From: Octopus vulgaris
Lineage: Eukaryota
NCBI GenBank assembly: GCA_951406725.2
Contig: OX597819.1
Span: 30,194,001 to 30,258,000, forward strand
Length of the DNA: 64,000 nucleotides
Direction of reading: 5' to 3'
The notes under the pieces are model-generated. The model was not told the DNA's origin, did not search any database, and saw only the letters and a list, made by a program, of their open reading frames with translations. The position numbers and the translations under genes were made by a program. Shown here piece by piece: positions 28,020 to 41,325 of this stretch. The first letter of the stretch is position 1. The number at the start of each line of letters is the position of its first letter.

Positions 28020-28430
28020 TTACCTTTTACTTGTTTCAGTCATTAGATTTCAACCATGGTGGAGCACCATCTTAGAGAACTTTAGTCGAGCGAATCGCCC
28101 CCGGTACTTCGTTTTTAAGCTTGGTACTCATTCTATCGATCTCTTTCACCGAACCGCCACGTTAGGAGGATGTAAACACACCAACGCCGGTTGTCAAGCG
28201 GTGGTAGGGTGACCAAGAAAAACCAAAGACACACACTCACACATACATACACACACACGCACACACACGAGCTTCCTACATGACAAGCTTCCTTCAGTTT
28301 CCGTCTACCAAACCCCTTCACAAGGCTTTTGTTGGCTCGGGACTATAGTAGAAGATACTTACCCAAGGTGCCATGCTGTAGGACACAATCCGGAACCATA
28401 TGGTTGGGTTGCGAACCTTTCCACACATCC
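28020..28430 (-). mobile_element. Old SINE family B copy
   Basis: CTTTTACTTGTTTCAGTCATT tail and CAGTTTCCGTCTACCAAA core. Confidence 0.8.
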
Positions 28431-29359
28431 ACACAGTACTCGAATCACTTCAAAAACGAAATTGACACGAATGCCCGATATTGATAAGCTGCAATTACAA
28501 CGAATTACATAACTACCGCTCAGGTGTCTCCTTGAGCGATTTCGTTTCGCCTAAATCTGAAGTATGTCGCTTTTTAACACTATACGTGTTTAAAAGTATT
28601 TTCCCAGACGATAAACCGCAACACTTGGCATTCAGACAATATACGTACGTTTAGTATGTGATATCGTTAATGTTTATAGGTATTTATAAACAATGATGAT
28701 CACCTGTTAATCGAACAAACATTTAAAGCTGACTTGGCAATTACTTTTCAAAATATCGAGTATCTGTTGAATAAAAAAGATTGACCGTAGCAGAAAAATA
28801 TACGAAAATTTTAAAAATTGGATAGTGAAAATTCGTATGAACCTGTATAAAGGAATATGCAGAATTACAAACACCTTATCAGATATAGGATGTTAGAATA
28901 TAATTAAAATGATGATATGATTTAAGAAGTGAAATTCATATCAAGGCAAATGAGTACCACAGAACAAAATAATTTAATTAATTGATTAATTAAAATTAAG
29001 TTTAATACATGAGAGGGGGTTGGCATTGGTGTTATGGGAGAAAATAAAGAGAGATAATAAGGCTAAAGAGAAGGCTAATAGAAGGAAAAACGTAGATAGA
29101 AAACGAGAGTAAGGTATGTTTATAACATATCTGTATATATGCATGCGTGATGTGGCATCATTTAGCGTTTTGTTATTTGAAATAAAGGGGGTGGGTAGCA
29201 AATTAGAAAAGGTATAATAGAAAGAGAAATTAGATAAATAGAATCAACAGAGCCCGAACATGGCAAATTAAAAAGGGTATAACTGAAAGGGAAATTAAAT
29301 AGTTCAATAAAGACGAAAAAAGCTCTAACACACAGACACAGTAAAAGCTGATTGCAAGA

Positions 29360-31810
29360 AGGACTGATCAAATACAAAATGTATAAATGACATGCGTATA
29401 TAAAGGGTGGCCTCTTTTTGATCCACGACTGCAGTTCGGTCATGGAAACGAGGTGGGGGAAAGTGCGCCTCACAAAAGGCGACCACACCTGTTCACCGTC
29501 GTCTACGTAGAGCCAGAAATGTCGCAGTCTCAACGCGTGTCTGCGCATCATCAATCACAGCATGCCCAGCCCTCCTTTTAACGGGTGTTGGGAGCAAACG
29601 GATCACCTGACCATCGGAAAATGGCCAGACGATCCTTTTTCCACGATCCCTTTTGATCGCCTGACCATCGGAAAATGACCTTTCCACAAGAAGCGGAAGA
29701 AAATGCGTTCCAGTTTGGTGATGGTAGGGTCGGAACAAGGCACGACGGTCAAACGGTAATCGATGACGGATGCGATGTACACGTTCGCCATAACCGATCG
29801 ACCTTTTAGAGACAGCTTCCTCTCGGCCCATTTCTGGGTGAGAGTGGCCACTCTAGTCGTCATTTTGCCCCAGTTCTTTTCCATTTGGAGGTCCGGACCG
29901 AACCAGACCCCGAGCAGTTTAACCAGTCCGTCAGTCCAGCGTCCCACGATGGAGACGCTGTTGGATGGCATGGGCTTGCTTCTCCAGGTGCCGAGCCGCA
30001 AGCCCACTGACTTTTTCCGGATAATTTTTGCTCCCGTTACCGCTTCGTATTCTTTTAGTGTCTCACCGATCAGGTCGATGTGCTTGTGGCTAAACACTAT
30101 AACGGTGACGTCGTCGGCGTATGCGAACACGCTCCTCCCGCATCCCAGCTCCCGTGGGATGCCCCTTAGCGTTGCCAGCTTCCGCAGTAGTTTTTCAAGA
30201 GTCAATACATACAGAAGCGACGAGAGGGGGGCATCTTTGACGAACCGAATGCATGATGTTAAATGGTCTGGATAGATGACGCGAACTACCGAGCAGATGA
30301 CGCTGTATAAGGCAGCGATCCAACCGCGGAAGATGGGAACGAAACCAGCCGCTCTAAGGACAGCCTCCAAGTAGTGGTGGTCTACTCTATCGAAAGCTTT
30401 CGATTGATCCAAATTGATCAGCGCCCCACCTATGCCAGGTTCCTTAATTATCCTTTCTATGATTTAGCGCATCAGATGGAGGTTGTCATGGATACTTCTA
30501 CCCGGCACGGCACACGTTTGCGCCTTGTCGACTAGTTTCTCGATGACAAGCGCCAACCCTTTGGTTAACACCCTGCCCAAAATTTTCAAATCTGCGTTGA
30601 GCAGGGTAATGTGCCTGAAGTTATCTATGACGTTCCCCTTGTTCGGATCTTTCTTTTGCAGTGCCACCGCTCCTCGCTTTACAAAGACGGGGATACTCCT
30701 GTTTTGCTGCCAGTTGCAGTAGACAGCTGCCAAGATGCCTCCAAACAAGTCTGGCATATATCAATAAACTTTGTAGGGCAGATCATCCAAGCCTGGTGAC
30801 TTGTCTCCTGCGCAGCCTGCCATCGCATCTCGTACGTCCGTGACTGTGATGGGTCTTTCATAACACTCCGCCTCTCTTGCTGAGAGTCGTGGCAGGCCAT
30901 GCAGGTAGACACTAAAGTCCACACTGCGTTCTGACCAACCAGTTGTCTCGAACAGTCGGGCAAAGTGTTGTTGAAAGGCTTTACACATCCTTTCAGGCTC
31001 GAATAATTCGCGCCCCTGTTCATCTGTCAGGGACCTAATGGTGGCTCTGGTGCCTCGTTGCGCCTCCGCTACTCGGGCCTCTCGGGCGGCTCCAACTTCT
31101 TCGTTCCTCAGAACACGCATCCTAGCTCTGACAATGCATCCTTCGTGTTTGGTGTTGAAGTATTGGTCAAGGGCCAACCTCGCCGCCAGTACGTCTCCCT
31201 CTATTCTATTTCGGTCTAATGCTAGAGCCTTACTATACCTAACCGATTCTGCTTTAATTGCTTTCTTTAGGGCATACCACCATTTTTTGTTGATGATGGC
31301 ACCTAAGCCTGGCGTGCCGTGAACGACGCGTTCAGCTTCAAGTAAGCGGTATCCTGCCTGTGTGTCTTATCTAAGTCAAGTGTACAAGTCACAAATTTGT
31401 GGTCTGTGTAGCTGGCTATATGGAATTGTGGATAACCTACACTTTCCTTATCCACTGTCCTACAGAATACTCTTTCTAAATACGATCTGGACACACTGAT
31501 GCGGTTGCTCTATGTCCACATTGGCACATTCGGGTGGTCCAGTCGGTACCTGTCAGACAGTTGGAAACGTCTGAGCAGGTCTTTGAGGTATTTGCATCCC
31601 CTCCTATTACTATCTCTGTCCACGTAATCTAGATGCGTGTCCAGGGTAACGTTCCAATTCCCCGCTAAAAGTAAAGGTCGAGACGTTCCCAGGAAAACCT
31701 CTAGACGTCGAAAGAAATCTGGCCGGCCTGTGAAGGCCGGTGCATAAACTGTTATCAGTCGAAAAGCACACCAACCTACCCTCCGGTCGTCATCGACATC
31801 CAAGACGGGC
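29360..31810 (-). mobile_element. Tx1/L1-like LINE ORF2 (APE plus RT), disrupted
   Basis: VYAP, LAGNWN, TDHK (APE); NFRHITLLNADLKIL, QTCAVPGRSIHDNL, DQSKAFDRVDH, YADDVTV, LGVWF, FRFLWKG (RT and downstream). Confidence 0.93.
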
Positions 31811-31867
31811 AGAGGGTAGGCTTGTCGTCTTGGATGTCGATGGCAGTAATGGGTGTGCTTTACGACT

Positions 31868-31883
31868 GTAGATAGATAGATAG

Positions 31884-31963
<80 letters not shown>
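31868..31963. repeat. (TAGA)n microsatellite
   Basis: Directly visible. Confidence 0.97.
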
Positions 31964-31964
<1 letters not shown>

Positions 31965-32152
31965 TGTCTTTCTGTTTCTGTTTGTCTTACTGCTTCATAA
32001 CCGGTGTTTGTTTGTTTATGTCCCCGTAAATTCGTGATTAAGGGGAAAAAAGCTTTAAATATATGTGTTGGGGTTGATTCCTGCGACTAAAGCCCTCGAG
32101 GTATTGCTCCAGCATAGCTGCAGCTTCAGGTTAAAATTAAAAAAGAAATGAA

Positions 32153-32176
32153 TATGTATGTATGTATGCATGTATG

Positions 32177-32210
<34 letters not shown>

Positions 32211-32270
32211 TTTATGCAAGCATGCATGCATGCATACATACATGCATACATACATAAATACATACATACA

Positions 32271-32304
<34 letters not shown>

Positions 32305-32513
32305 CATACATGCATACATGCATACATACATACATACATATATACATACATACATGCATGCATACATGCATACATGCATGCATACATACATACATACATA
32401 CATACATACATGCATGCATGCATGCATGCATGCACATACATACATACATACATACATGCATGCATACATACATACATACATACATACATACATACATACA
32501 TACATACATACAT
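32153..32513. repeat. (TATG)n / (CATA,CATG)n microsatellite
   Basis: Directly visible. Confidence 0.95.
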
Positions 32514-32819
32514 CTGGACCTGGTTTTCAGCTGATAGTATCTCCTTCCTGCACCATTCTCATAGTACCTACATAGAGCCGTCAGCACAGCTCTCCTCCAC
32601 CCCACCCCCACCCCACAAAAAAATAAAAATGTACTGGTGTCGCTAGTGTTACCTTCAGAATGCAAACGAACGGCTCTAACTCGGGCAACTCGCAGCCCTA
32701 CAATAGACGTATAATGCATGAAAGAATAACGAAATGAACACAACTAGAATGCATTGAATCATAAGAATGCTGGAGCAAGGCTAACAGCAAAGACAACAAT
32801 ATCAATTATGAACAATATT

Positions 32820-33429
32820 AAGGCGGTGAGCTGGCGGAAACGTTAGCACGCCGGGCGACGTGCTTAGCGGTATATCCTCTACCGCTACGTTCTGAGTTCA
32901 AATTCCGCCGAGGTCGACTTTGCCTTTCATCCTTTCGGGGTCGATTAAATAAGTACTAGTTACGCACTGGGGTCGATGTAATCGACTTAATCCCTTTGTC
33001 TGTCCTTGTTTGTCCTCTCTATGTTTAGCCCCTTGTAGGTAGCAAAAAAAAAATAGGTATTTCGTCTGCCGTTACGTTCTGAGTTCAAATTCCGCCGAGG
33101 TCGACTTTGCCTTTCATCCTTTCGGGGTCGATTAAATAAGTACCAGTTACGCACTGGGGTCGATATAATCGACTTAATCCGTTTGTCTGTCCTTGTTTGT
33201 CCTCTCTATGTTTAGCCCCTTGTGGGTAGCAAAAAAAGATAGGTATTTCGTCTGCCGTTACGTTCTGAGTTCAAATTCCACCGAGGTCGACTTTGCCTTT
33301 CATCCTTTCGGGGTCGATTAAATAAGTACCAGTTACGCACTGGGGTCGATGTAATCGACTTAATCCCTTTCTTTGTCCTTGTTTGTCCCTTCTATGTTTA
33401 GCCCTTTGCGTGGGCAATAAAGAAATAAG
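32820..33429 (+). mobile_element. SINE family A trimer
   Basis: One head plus three bodies; single TSD AACAATATCAATTATGA at 32795-32811 and 33430-33446. Confidence 0.93.
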
Positions 33430-33557
33430 AACAATATCAATTATGATTTTAGTAAATTATAGTAACCTCATTAAAACTGAGCTTTAATTTACTGGTATAC
33501 ATGGTTTAGAAAGGAAGAAATGAGGGGATTCGTGATTTTTGATAGTTTCTGTCAATC

Positions 33558-33915
33558 TCTGGAAGCACTCCGTCGGTTACGACGACGAGGGTTCTGGTTG
33601 ATCCGAATCAACGGAACAGCCTGCTCGTGAAATTAACGTTTAAGTGGCTGAGCACTCCACAGACACGTGTACCCTTAACGTAGTTCTCATGGATATTCAG
33701 CGTGACACAGAGAGTGACAAGGCCGGCCCTTTGAAATACAGGTACAACAGAAACAGGAAGTAAGAGTGAGAGAAAGTTGTGGTGAAAGAGTACAGCAGGG
33801 ATCACCACCATCCCCTGCCGGAGCCTCGTGGAGCTTTTAGGTGTTTTCGCTCAATAAACACTCACATCGACCGCGAGTCCGCTGCCCTAACCACTGGGCC
33901 ATTGCGCCTCCACTC
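33558..33915 (-). mobile_element. SINE family C (head type 2, tail type Y)
   Basis: Head GGAGGCGCAATGGCCCAGTGGTTAGGGCAGCGG; tail shared with 51688-52020; TSD TCTGTCAATC at 33548-33557 and 33916-33925. Confidence 0.85.
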
Positions 33916-34209
33916 TCTGTCAATCAGGATAAGCTCGATGTGGTTCATGAGAAGTCGCTGTCAGCAGATCAAATAATGTGAATACTACAGGAATTCCGAT
34001 GAGTGGCTTTCTAAGAAACGATTATATGAAGTGGTTAGTTTAGTACTTAAGAGCGAGAAATACACAATAGAGGTGATGAGAAGTGAAGAGGCGAAGAGGT
34101 GCGCTAGGTTTGTGACAAGTCAACTCTGAAGATGTTATTAACAACAGAAAGAAACAATCGTATGAGAATGCGTACAATAATTTGGGATTTCCCAACAAGT
34201 GGAATAATC

Positions 34210-34210
<1 letters not shown>

Positions 34211-34251
<41 letters not shown>

Positions 34252-34525
34252 ATGCGTGAGTGTGGGAGTGTGTATGTATGTGTGTGCATGCGTGAGTGAG
34301 TGTGCATACGTGCGTGTGCATACGTGCGTGTGCATACGTGCGTGTGCATACGTGCGTGTGCATACGTGCGTGAGTGTGTATGTATGTGTGTGCATGCGTG
34401 AGTGTGTGTGAGTGCGTGAGTGTGTGTGAGTGCGTGAGTGAGTGTGAGTGCGTGAGGGGGGTGAGTGTGTGCGAATGAGTGTGTGTGTGTGTGCGTGTCT
34501 GTCTGTCAGTGTGTGAATGCATGTG
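34211..34525. repeat. (TG)n-derived compound repeat including 12-bp GTGCATACGTGC units
   Basis: Directly visible. Confidence 0.9.
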
Positions 34526-35104
34526 TACGGAATTTTATTAGGGTGACAGCATGACTTTAAAAAGATATGGAAAAGATAATTTTTTTTAATAGTATACCTT
34601 TCTGTGAGAAAACCTTTTTCCATACACGCACGCGCACACACACACACGCACGCATTCACACGTACGGACTGATTGGAGGTTAAAAATTTAAATCACAATC
34701 TCTTTGTTTTTGTTGTTTAAGTCCCAGGAATGGGACTTACATGTTATATTTCACACTCAAACATATGCTCCGTTATTTATCACCACTATCTATATTTTTT
34801 CCTCGATTTATCCAACCCTAAAATGTCATCAAAACAGAGAAAAGTGGATAACGAATCCCCGGTATTCCAAGAAAAGTGGACCAATGATTATTTTTTCATA
34901 TAAATCAAAGACAAACTAATGTGTTCACTCTGCTCAAAATCAGTTTCTGTCATTAAAGAATGTAAAAAGACACTACATCTCATTATGAAAGTTTTTAAGG
35001 TCAACATAGGAAACAAAAAGTTGAAAATTTAATAAAAGTTTTATAAGAAAGAGTGGCGGACTATTTTTGTCAAGAGACGTGAAGATACCGAAAATATTAT
35101 TCTT

Positions 35105-35704
35105 ATTTCTTTATTACACACAAGGGGATAAACATAGAGGGGACAAACAAGGACGGAGAAAGGGATTAAGTCGATTACATCGACCCCAATGTGTAACTGG
35201 TACTTAATTTATCGACCCCGAAAGGATGAAAGGCAGAGTCGACCTCGGCGGAATTTGAACTCAGAACGTAACAGCAGACGAAATACCTATTTCTTTACTA
35301 CCCACAATGGGCTAAAGACAGAGGGGACAATCAAGGACAGACAAACGGATTAAGTCGATTACATCGACCCCAGTTCGTAACTGGTACTAAATTTATCGAC
35401 CCCGGAAGGATGAAAGGCAAAGTCGACCTCGGCGGAATTTGAACTCCCAACGTAACGGCAGACGAAATACCTATTTCTTTACTACCCACAAGGGGCTAAA
35501 CACAGAGAGGACAAACAAGGACAGACAAACGGATTAAGTCGATTATATCGACCCCAGTGCGTAACTGGCACTTTATTTATCGACCCTGAAAGGATGAAAG
35601 GCAAAGTCAACCTCGGTGGAATTTGAACTCAGAACGTAGCGGCAGACGAAATACCGCTAAGCATTTCGCCCGGCGTGCTAACGTTTCTGCTAGCTCGCCG
35701 CCTT
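35105..35704 (-). mobile_element. SINE family A trimer inserted in the hAT element
   Basis: Single TSD CGAAAATATTATTCTT at 35089-35104 and 35705-35720. Confidence 0.93.
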
Positions 35705-37323
35705 CGAAAATATTATTCTTGCTAGTTATATCGTTAGCGAGAAAAATTGCAAAACATTCGAAAAATTATTCCGATGGGGAATTTGTATAAATAATGCTTA
35801 CAAGCAGTAGCTGAAATTTTTTGTTCAGGTAATAAAAAAAAAAAAGAAATCGATAATATTAGTGTCTCTTGTAGAACTTTAACAGGACGGATTGACGAAC
35901 TTGCAACTAAGGTAGAATTAGGCTTGAAAAGACTTTCTTCGCATTTTAAATATTTTTCCTTTGATATTGATGAGAGCACTGACATGTCAAATTTGACCCA
36001 ACTTGCGATTTTTGTACGTAGAATTGATGAAAATTTAAATATCACAGGAGAAATGCTTGGTCTTCGAAGAATGAAAGATACTACCATGGGGAGGATATTT
36101 TTCAAGAATTGAAAATGTTAATGGTCAGATTTAATCGACATTTCAAAAACTTTCATAGTTTATCAACAGATGGTGCTCTTGCTATGGTTGGTAGTAATGC
36201 AGGTTTAGTTTCTAAAATCAGCTCGGAATTGGTTTCTATGAATATAGACACAAAAGATTTATTCATTTTTCATTGCATGATTCACCTGGAGAATTTGTGC
36301 GCCAAGTCACTCAAATTTGAACATATTATGTCCAAGGTTTTTTTAGTATAAATTTTATAAAATCTCGAGCTTTGAACCACCGCCAGTTTAAAGAATTTCT
36401 TGAGGATATCGAGGTAGAGTATGGAAATTTGGTTTACTATTGTTGAGCAAAGGAAAAATGTTGAAACAATTTTATGATCTGAGGAGTGAAATTTTTACAT
36501 TCATGGAAATAAAAGGCAAGTCTATGCCTGAATTGAGAGATGATGGCTGAATATATAACCTTGCTTTTCTTGTTGATTTTATTTCATATCTTAATGACCT
36601 TAATTTGAAATTGCAAGGAGAAGCCCAATTCATTCATCAGTTGTACAGTCATATCAAAACATTTCAAAACAAAATGCAACTGTGGAAACGACTGCTCAGA
36701 AATTGTAATACATTTCATTTCCCAACATTGTAAAACCATGGCAAAATTGATTGTACAGATGAGGTAAAAATTGACCAACGAAAAATTCAATAATAGATTT
36801 CAGCATTTCCGATCACAAGAAACAAATCTACGTATATTTTCTTCACCTTTTGATATCAATATTAACCAGGCTCCCGAGGAATTACAGATGGAATTAATTG
36901 AACTCCAAGGGAATGAAGATTTAAAACGGGAAATGAGAGATCATTCACTAATAATAATATAGCCTACCTAGAGAAAATTACCCCTTGATCGTTGATTTTG
37001 CTAAAAAGAAAATGTCACTCTTTGGGAGCACAAATAAATGTGAGCAGTTATTCTCAAAAATGAAATCTACGAAATCCAAAGCAAGATCAAGAATAACTGA
37101 TAATCATTTTGAAAATAACTTGAGAGTAGCCACCTCGAGCATTTCTACAAACATCGAGATGTTGGTGAAGAAACATCAACCCCAAATATCCCATTGGAAT
37201 AATGTTTCATGGCTATTTTCTCCCTATGAGAATGAATAAATTATTTCACTGAGTCAACTACATTTGTTTTATATTAATAAATTGTTTTGTTCTTACCCTT
37301 ATTTTAATATCCTTTTTATATTA

Positions 37324-37514
37324 TAGAGGGGACAGACAAACGGATTAAGTCGATACATCGACCCCAGTGCGTAACTGGTACTTAATTTATCGACCCCCGA
37401 AAGGATGAAAGGCAAAGTCGACCTCGGCAAAATTTGAACTCAGAACGTAACGGCAGACGAAATACAGCTACGCATTTCGCCCGGCGTGCTAACGGTTCTG
37501 CCAGTTCGCTGCCT
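37324..37514 (-). mobile_element. SINE family A copy
   Basis: Reverse-complement head and core. Confidence 0.85.
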
Positions 37515-37709
37515 TTTTATATTATAAAGCAAATACTTGTATAAGTACCTGTATACATATTTTGTAAATCTATAAATTAGGGCTCTGGCCTGCGACTTTG
37601 GTGAGAAAATTTCATCCCGCCCATACATGGAAAAAGATTGTCCATGCCTGATCTAGATCACAGCGTTCAAAAATAAGGGAGCTGGTTAGTAAGGGACATA
37701 TTCGTTTAT

Positions 37710-37900
37710 ACTCTTTTACTTGTTTCAGTCATTTTGCACCTTTTAGTCAAAGAAATCGACCTCAGGACTTATTCTTTGTAAGCCCGGTATTTATTCTGTC
37801 TCTTTTGCCGAACCGCTAAATTACATGGAAGTAAACACACCAACATCGGTTATCAAACGATGGTGGTAGGGACAAATTCAGACAGAAACACACACATAGA
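37710..37900 (-). mobile_element. SINE family B 3' part
   Basis: CTCTTTTACTTGTTTCAGTCATT...GCCGAACCGCTAA. Confidence 0.8.
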
Positions 37901-37937
37901 CATATACATATATATATGTGTGTGTGTGTTTGTGTGT

Positions 37938-38012
<75 letters not shown>

Positions 38013-38024
38013 CGCGCGTGTGTA

Positions 38025-38210
38025 TAGTAGAAATTTATAGAAAAACAAAAGACGAAGATACGTTTACGAACTACAAGCAAGTGTATTAGTTTGGCGCTCG
38101 GGAAATGAAAACGTCTTTTACGTTTCGAGCCTACGCTCTTCAACAGAAAGGAATAGGAAAAAATAAACAAAGAGAGAATGAAAAAAAAACTTGTAGATTT
38201 ACCAGTCAGC

Positions 38211-38215
<5 letters not shown>
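38025..38215 (-). mobile_element. Short dispersed repeat carrying a hammerhead-like motif (copy 2)
   Basis: Minus strand of 38115-38150: CTTT-CTGTTGA-A-GAGC gtag GCTC-GAA-ACGT-A-AAAG. Confidence 0.62.
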
Positions 38216-38252
<37 letters not shown>

Positions 38253-38254
<2 letters not shown>

Positions 38255-39938
38255 GATTGTTATTTTTATCTAGCAAATATAACAGGTTTCAATGCTTCTT
38301 CTCAACTATGAGACTTGTTCCCCACTCAGATGATCTCTCTGTCCCTACACCCCCACCAAATAAAGATCTTCCTTGATTAGATGAAGAAATGCCTTCAGGC
38401 GAAGATTCTGCCAAGTAGATCTCTTCCGAAGACAATGTCTCTGTTAATTCAGGAGCAAGCGGCAATGAGCCACATTGGATAATACAGGAAGACCTGAATG
38501 ACCTTGCCCGAGATTTGTATCTACCTAACTAGCAGTCAGAGCTCCTGGCATCCCGGCTTAAGCAGTAGCACCTGGTCAAAGCAGATGTAAGGAGCACCGA
38601 TATCAGGACACGGAACCTTTGCTTCATTCTTCGATATGGAAAACCGGTTGTGCTATTGCACAAATGCCTCTGGCCTGTTCACCTTCCTTGGTTTCCCACA
38701 CATTCCCTCAGACAGGCATCTTTTCATAGGCTCTTCCAAGCGAAGTCTTAAGGCTGTGCTCCTTCAATAAATGCCCCAGCATTCCCATTGCCTACTCAGT
38801 CCATTTGAAGGAGTCGTATGACAATATGGAGCTCCTTTTGGAAGCTGTCAAGTACAACCAGTACCAGTGGAGTCTCTGCGGGGACTTCAAAACCTCAAGG
38901 TTATTGGGCTCCTTATGGGTATGCAAGCGGGTTTCACAAAATACTGTTGATTTTTCTGTCTCTGAGACAGCCGGACTGTATCCAAGTACTACAAGCAGAA
39001 GGACTGGGAATCTAAGAGCACTTCTGTGCATGGTAAACACAATGTCCAAGAAAATCTTCTGCTGGACATGAACAAGGTGCTGCTTCCTCTTCTTCATATT
39101 AAGCTTGGTTTTAGGAAGAATTTCTTGAAGGCCATGGACAAAAATGGCGCTGCCTTCCAACATTTGTGCACTCTGTTCCCAGCTCTGAGTTCTGCTAAGC
39201 TCGAGGAGGGCATCTTCGCCGGACCTCAGATCCAAGAGGTGCTGAAGGATAAGGACTTTGAGAAACTTACCTTAAAGAAACTGAGAGCATAAGAAGCTTT
39301 TAAGTCAGTCTGCCATGGTTTCCTTGGTAGCACACAGGTACTAGATTACCAAGAGTGTATTGAGAAGTCTTGAGAATATGAGATGCCGAATGTCACTCAA
39401 AACTCACTTTCCCACTCCCACCTCAACTTCTTTCCTCCGAAGCTCAGAGCAGTGAGTGCTGAGCATGGAGAAAGATTCCACCAATATATTAATAAGATGG
39501 AGAGCAACTACCGAGGCAAGTGGAAACCCAGCATAATGGGGAACTTTTGGTGGATGCTCTTGCGTGACATCCTGGAGGCAACGTACACAAGATCATCCAA
39601 AAAACTCACTTCTGTCTGCTGTACTATGATTTGTGTGTATTGTATTATTCAAGTAATTTAGTTCCATCAATGTTCTGCATCTATGCTGTCTCTTGATTTT
39701 TTCATTTCTTTTTTTTTTTTTTTTTTGTTGTAATGTGCCTTTGTAACAGATGAAATAAACATGTTATATTTTGAATTTATATGCAGTATACTTAAAATGG
39801 GATATGCGAAAGCAAAACAAACTAAAGGTTATAGAGCAAAAGTATTCAGAAAATTGAATTCACCATATCAAAATTAGTAAAAAAAAACACCTATTCACAT
39901 CCTTGCCTCAGAGCAAAAAAAAATTTTATTAATCAGTG
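38253..39938 (+). mobile_element. Chapaev3-like (CMC) DNA transposon relic, 5'-truncated
   Basis: DCYF; QEDLNDLARDL...SELLASRLK; KESYDNM...WSLCGDFK; LHIKLGF...GIFAGPQI; HSHLNFFP...EHGERFHQ. Ends ...CAGTG followed by TAA. Clade name from recalled motifs. Confidence 0.78.
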
Positions 39939-40698
39939 TAATTATTATAATTACACGATTATCAGAGCACTCGTTAATAATTTGGAACATTAAAAGTTCG
40001 TGGAAATCATGCAAATGGCTGCTGTTTGTTTGTACTTGCGCAAAACCTCACATTTTTTACACACCACGCGCATGTAACTGTTGCTATCATTCTGTGGAAA
40101 TTTCGTTGAATTCCACCGAGTAGATTTTAGATAAAATAAACGTCAATAATTTGAATTGCTATCTGTAGCATAGCATAGTATATCAGGTAAAGTTTTTTTT
40201 TTGTTTTTGTTTTTGTTTTTTGCAACATCTTCGCCATGTAAAGATACTTAGAAAGTTTCGTCTCAGCGAAATGTAGTCACTTTGAAACGATCGCTTTCAC
40301 TTTTAAGTGGCGGGCTCGCGTTCTTATCAGATGCTCACGTTGTAGTCATTCGTGATCATATAATTATGAGAAATACTCTGATGAACAGATAGCCAACTAA
40401 ATGATATGTGTGAAAGAGCCAGAGGAAATTCACAGTCGGTGACGATAAGTAGTTGAAGTGTATTGCTGGCTCTTCATCTAAAATTGGTGTCCTATCCGGA
40501 TATAAATTAGAACGTGGGATAGTTTTCCAAGAACATGGGGCCAACGATTATATCCTTTCAAAGAAAATGTTGTTTATAATTTGTTCGAAGTATTATGAGT
40601 CGACATTGATCTATCGTAGGTGGTAGCTTCTCTAAGCCACGCAAAAGAAAATAAGTAATATATATATACCCTATGTAAGTAGGGCTTCTTTGGATGGT

Positions 40699-40699
40699 G

Positions 40700-40762
<63 letters not shown>

Positions 40763-40799
40763 CAGATAGACAGACAGACAGACAGCTAGATAGACAGAC

Positions 40800-40878
<79 letters not shown>

Positions 40879-40975
40879 CGATGGACAGATGGAGGGAGGG
40901 AGGGAGGGAGCAAGCGAGGGGCGGACAGAGGGACGGACAGATGGAAGGAGGGAGTGAGGGAGGACAGACGGACAA
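40699..40975. repeat. (GATA/GACA)n microsatellite and GGA-rich tract
   Basis: Directly visible. Confidence 0.95.
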
Positions 40976-41033
40976 GCATAAAAACAGTTATTCGCTAAAC
41001 GGAACACATCTATGACATACGAGACAACATGCT

Positions 41034-41036
<3 letters not shown>

Positions 41037-41067
<31 letters not shown>

Positions 41068-41293
41068 CCATCTTCACCACAACCATCACTACCACCACCA
41101 CCTCAATCATCATCATCATCATCATCACCATCTTCACCACAACCATCACTACCACCACCACCTCAATCATCATCATCATCATCATCATCATCACCATCTT
41201 CACCACAGCCATCACTACCACCGCCACCTCAATCATCATCATCATCATCATCATCACCATCTTCACCACAACCATCACTACCACCACCACCTC

Positions 41294-41325
<32 letters not shown>

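Larger units (their letters stand above)
34823..37650 (+). mobile_element. hAT (Charlie/SPIN-like) transposon relic with SINE insertions
   Basis: KQRKVDNES...QEKWTNDYFF...CSLC...KRHY; IDESTDMSNLTQLAIFVR; STDGALAMVG; HCMIH; LFGSTNKCEQLFSKMK...QPQISH. 3' end ...CCATGCCTG followed by ATCTAGAT (Charlie-type target). Confidence 0.9.

Noticed and set aside
34823-37239. Domesticated GTF2IRD2/ZBED-like host gene
   Set aside because: Multiple stops, frameshifts and a SINE trimer insertion; the transposon 3' terminus is retained.
40356-40575. Possible terminal exon on the minus strand (TTTTCTTTGAAAG acceptor-like site)
   Set aside because: Only short frames with no recognisable homology and no partner exon; insufficient support.
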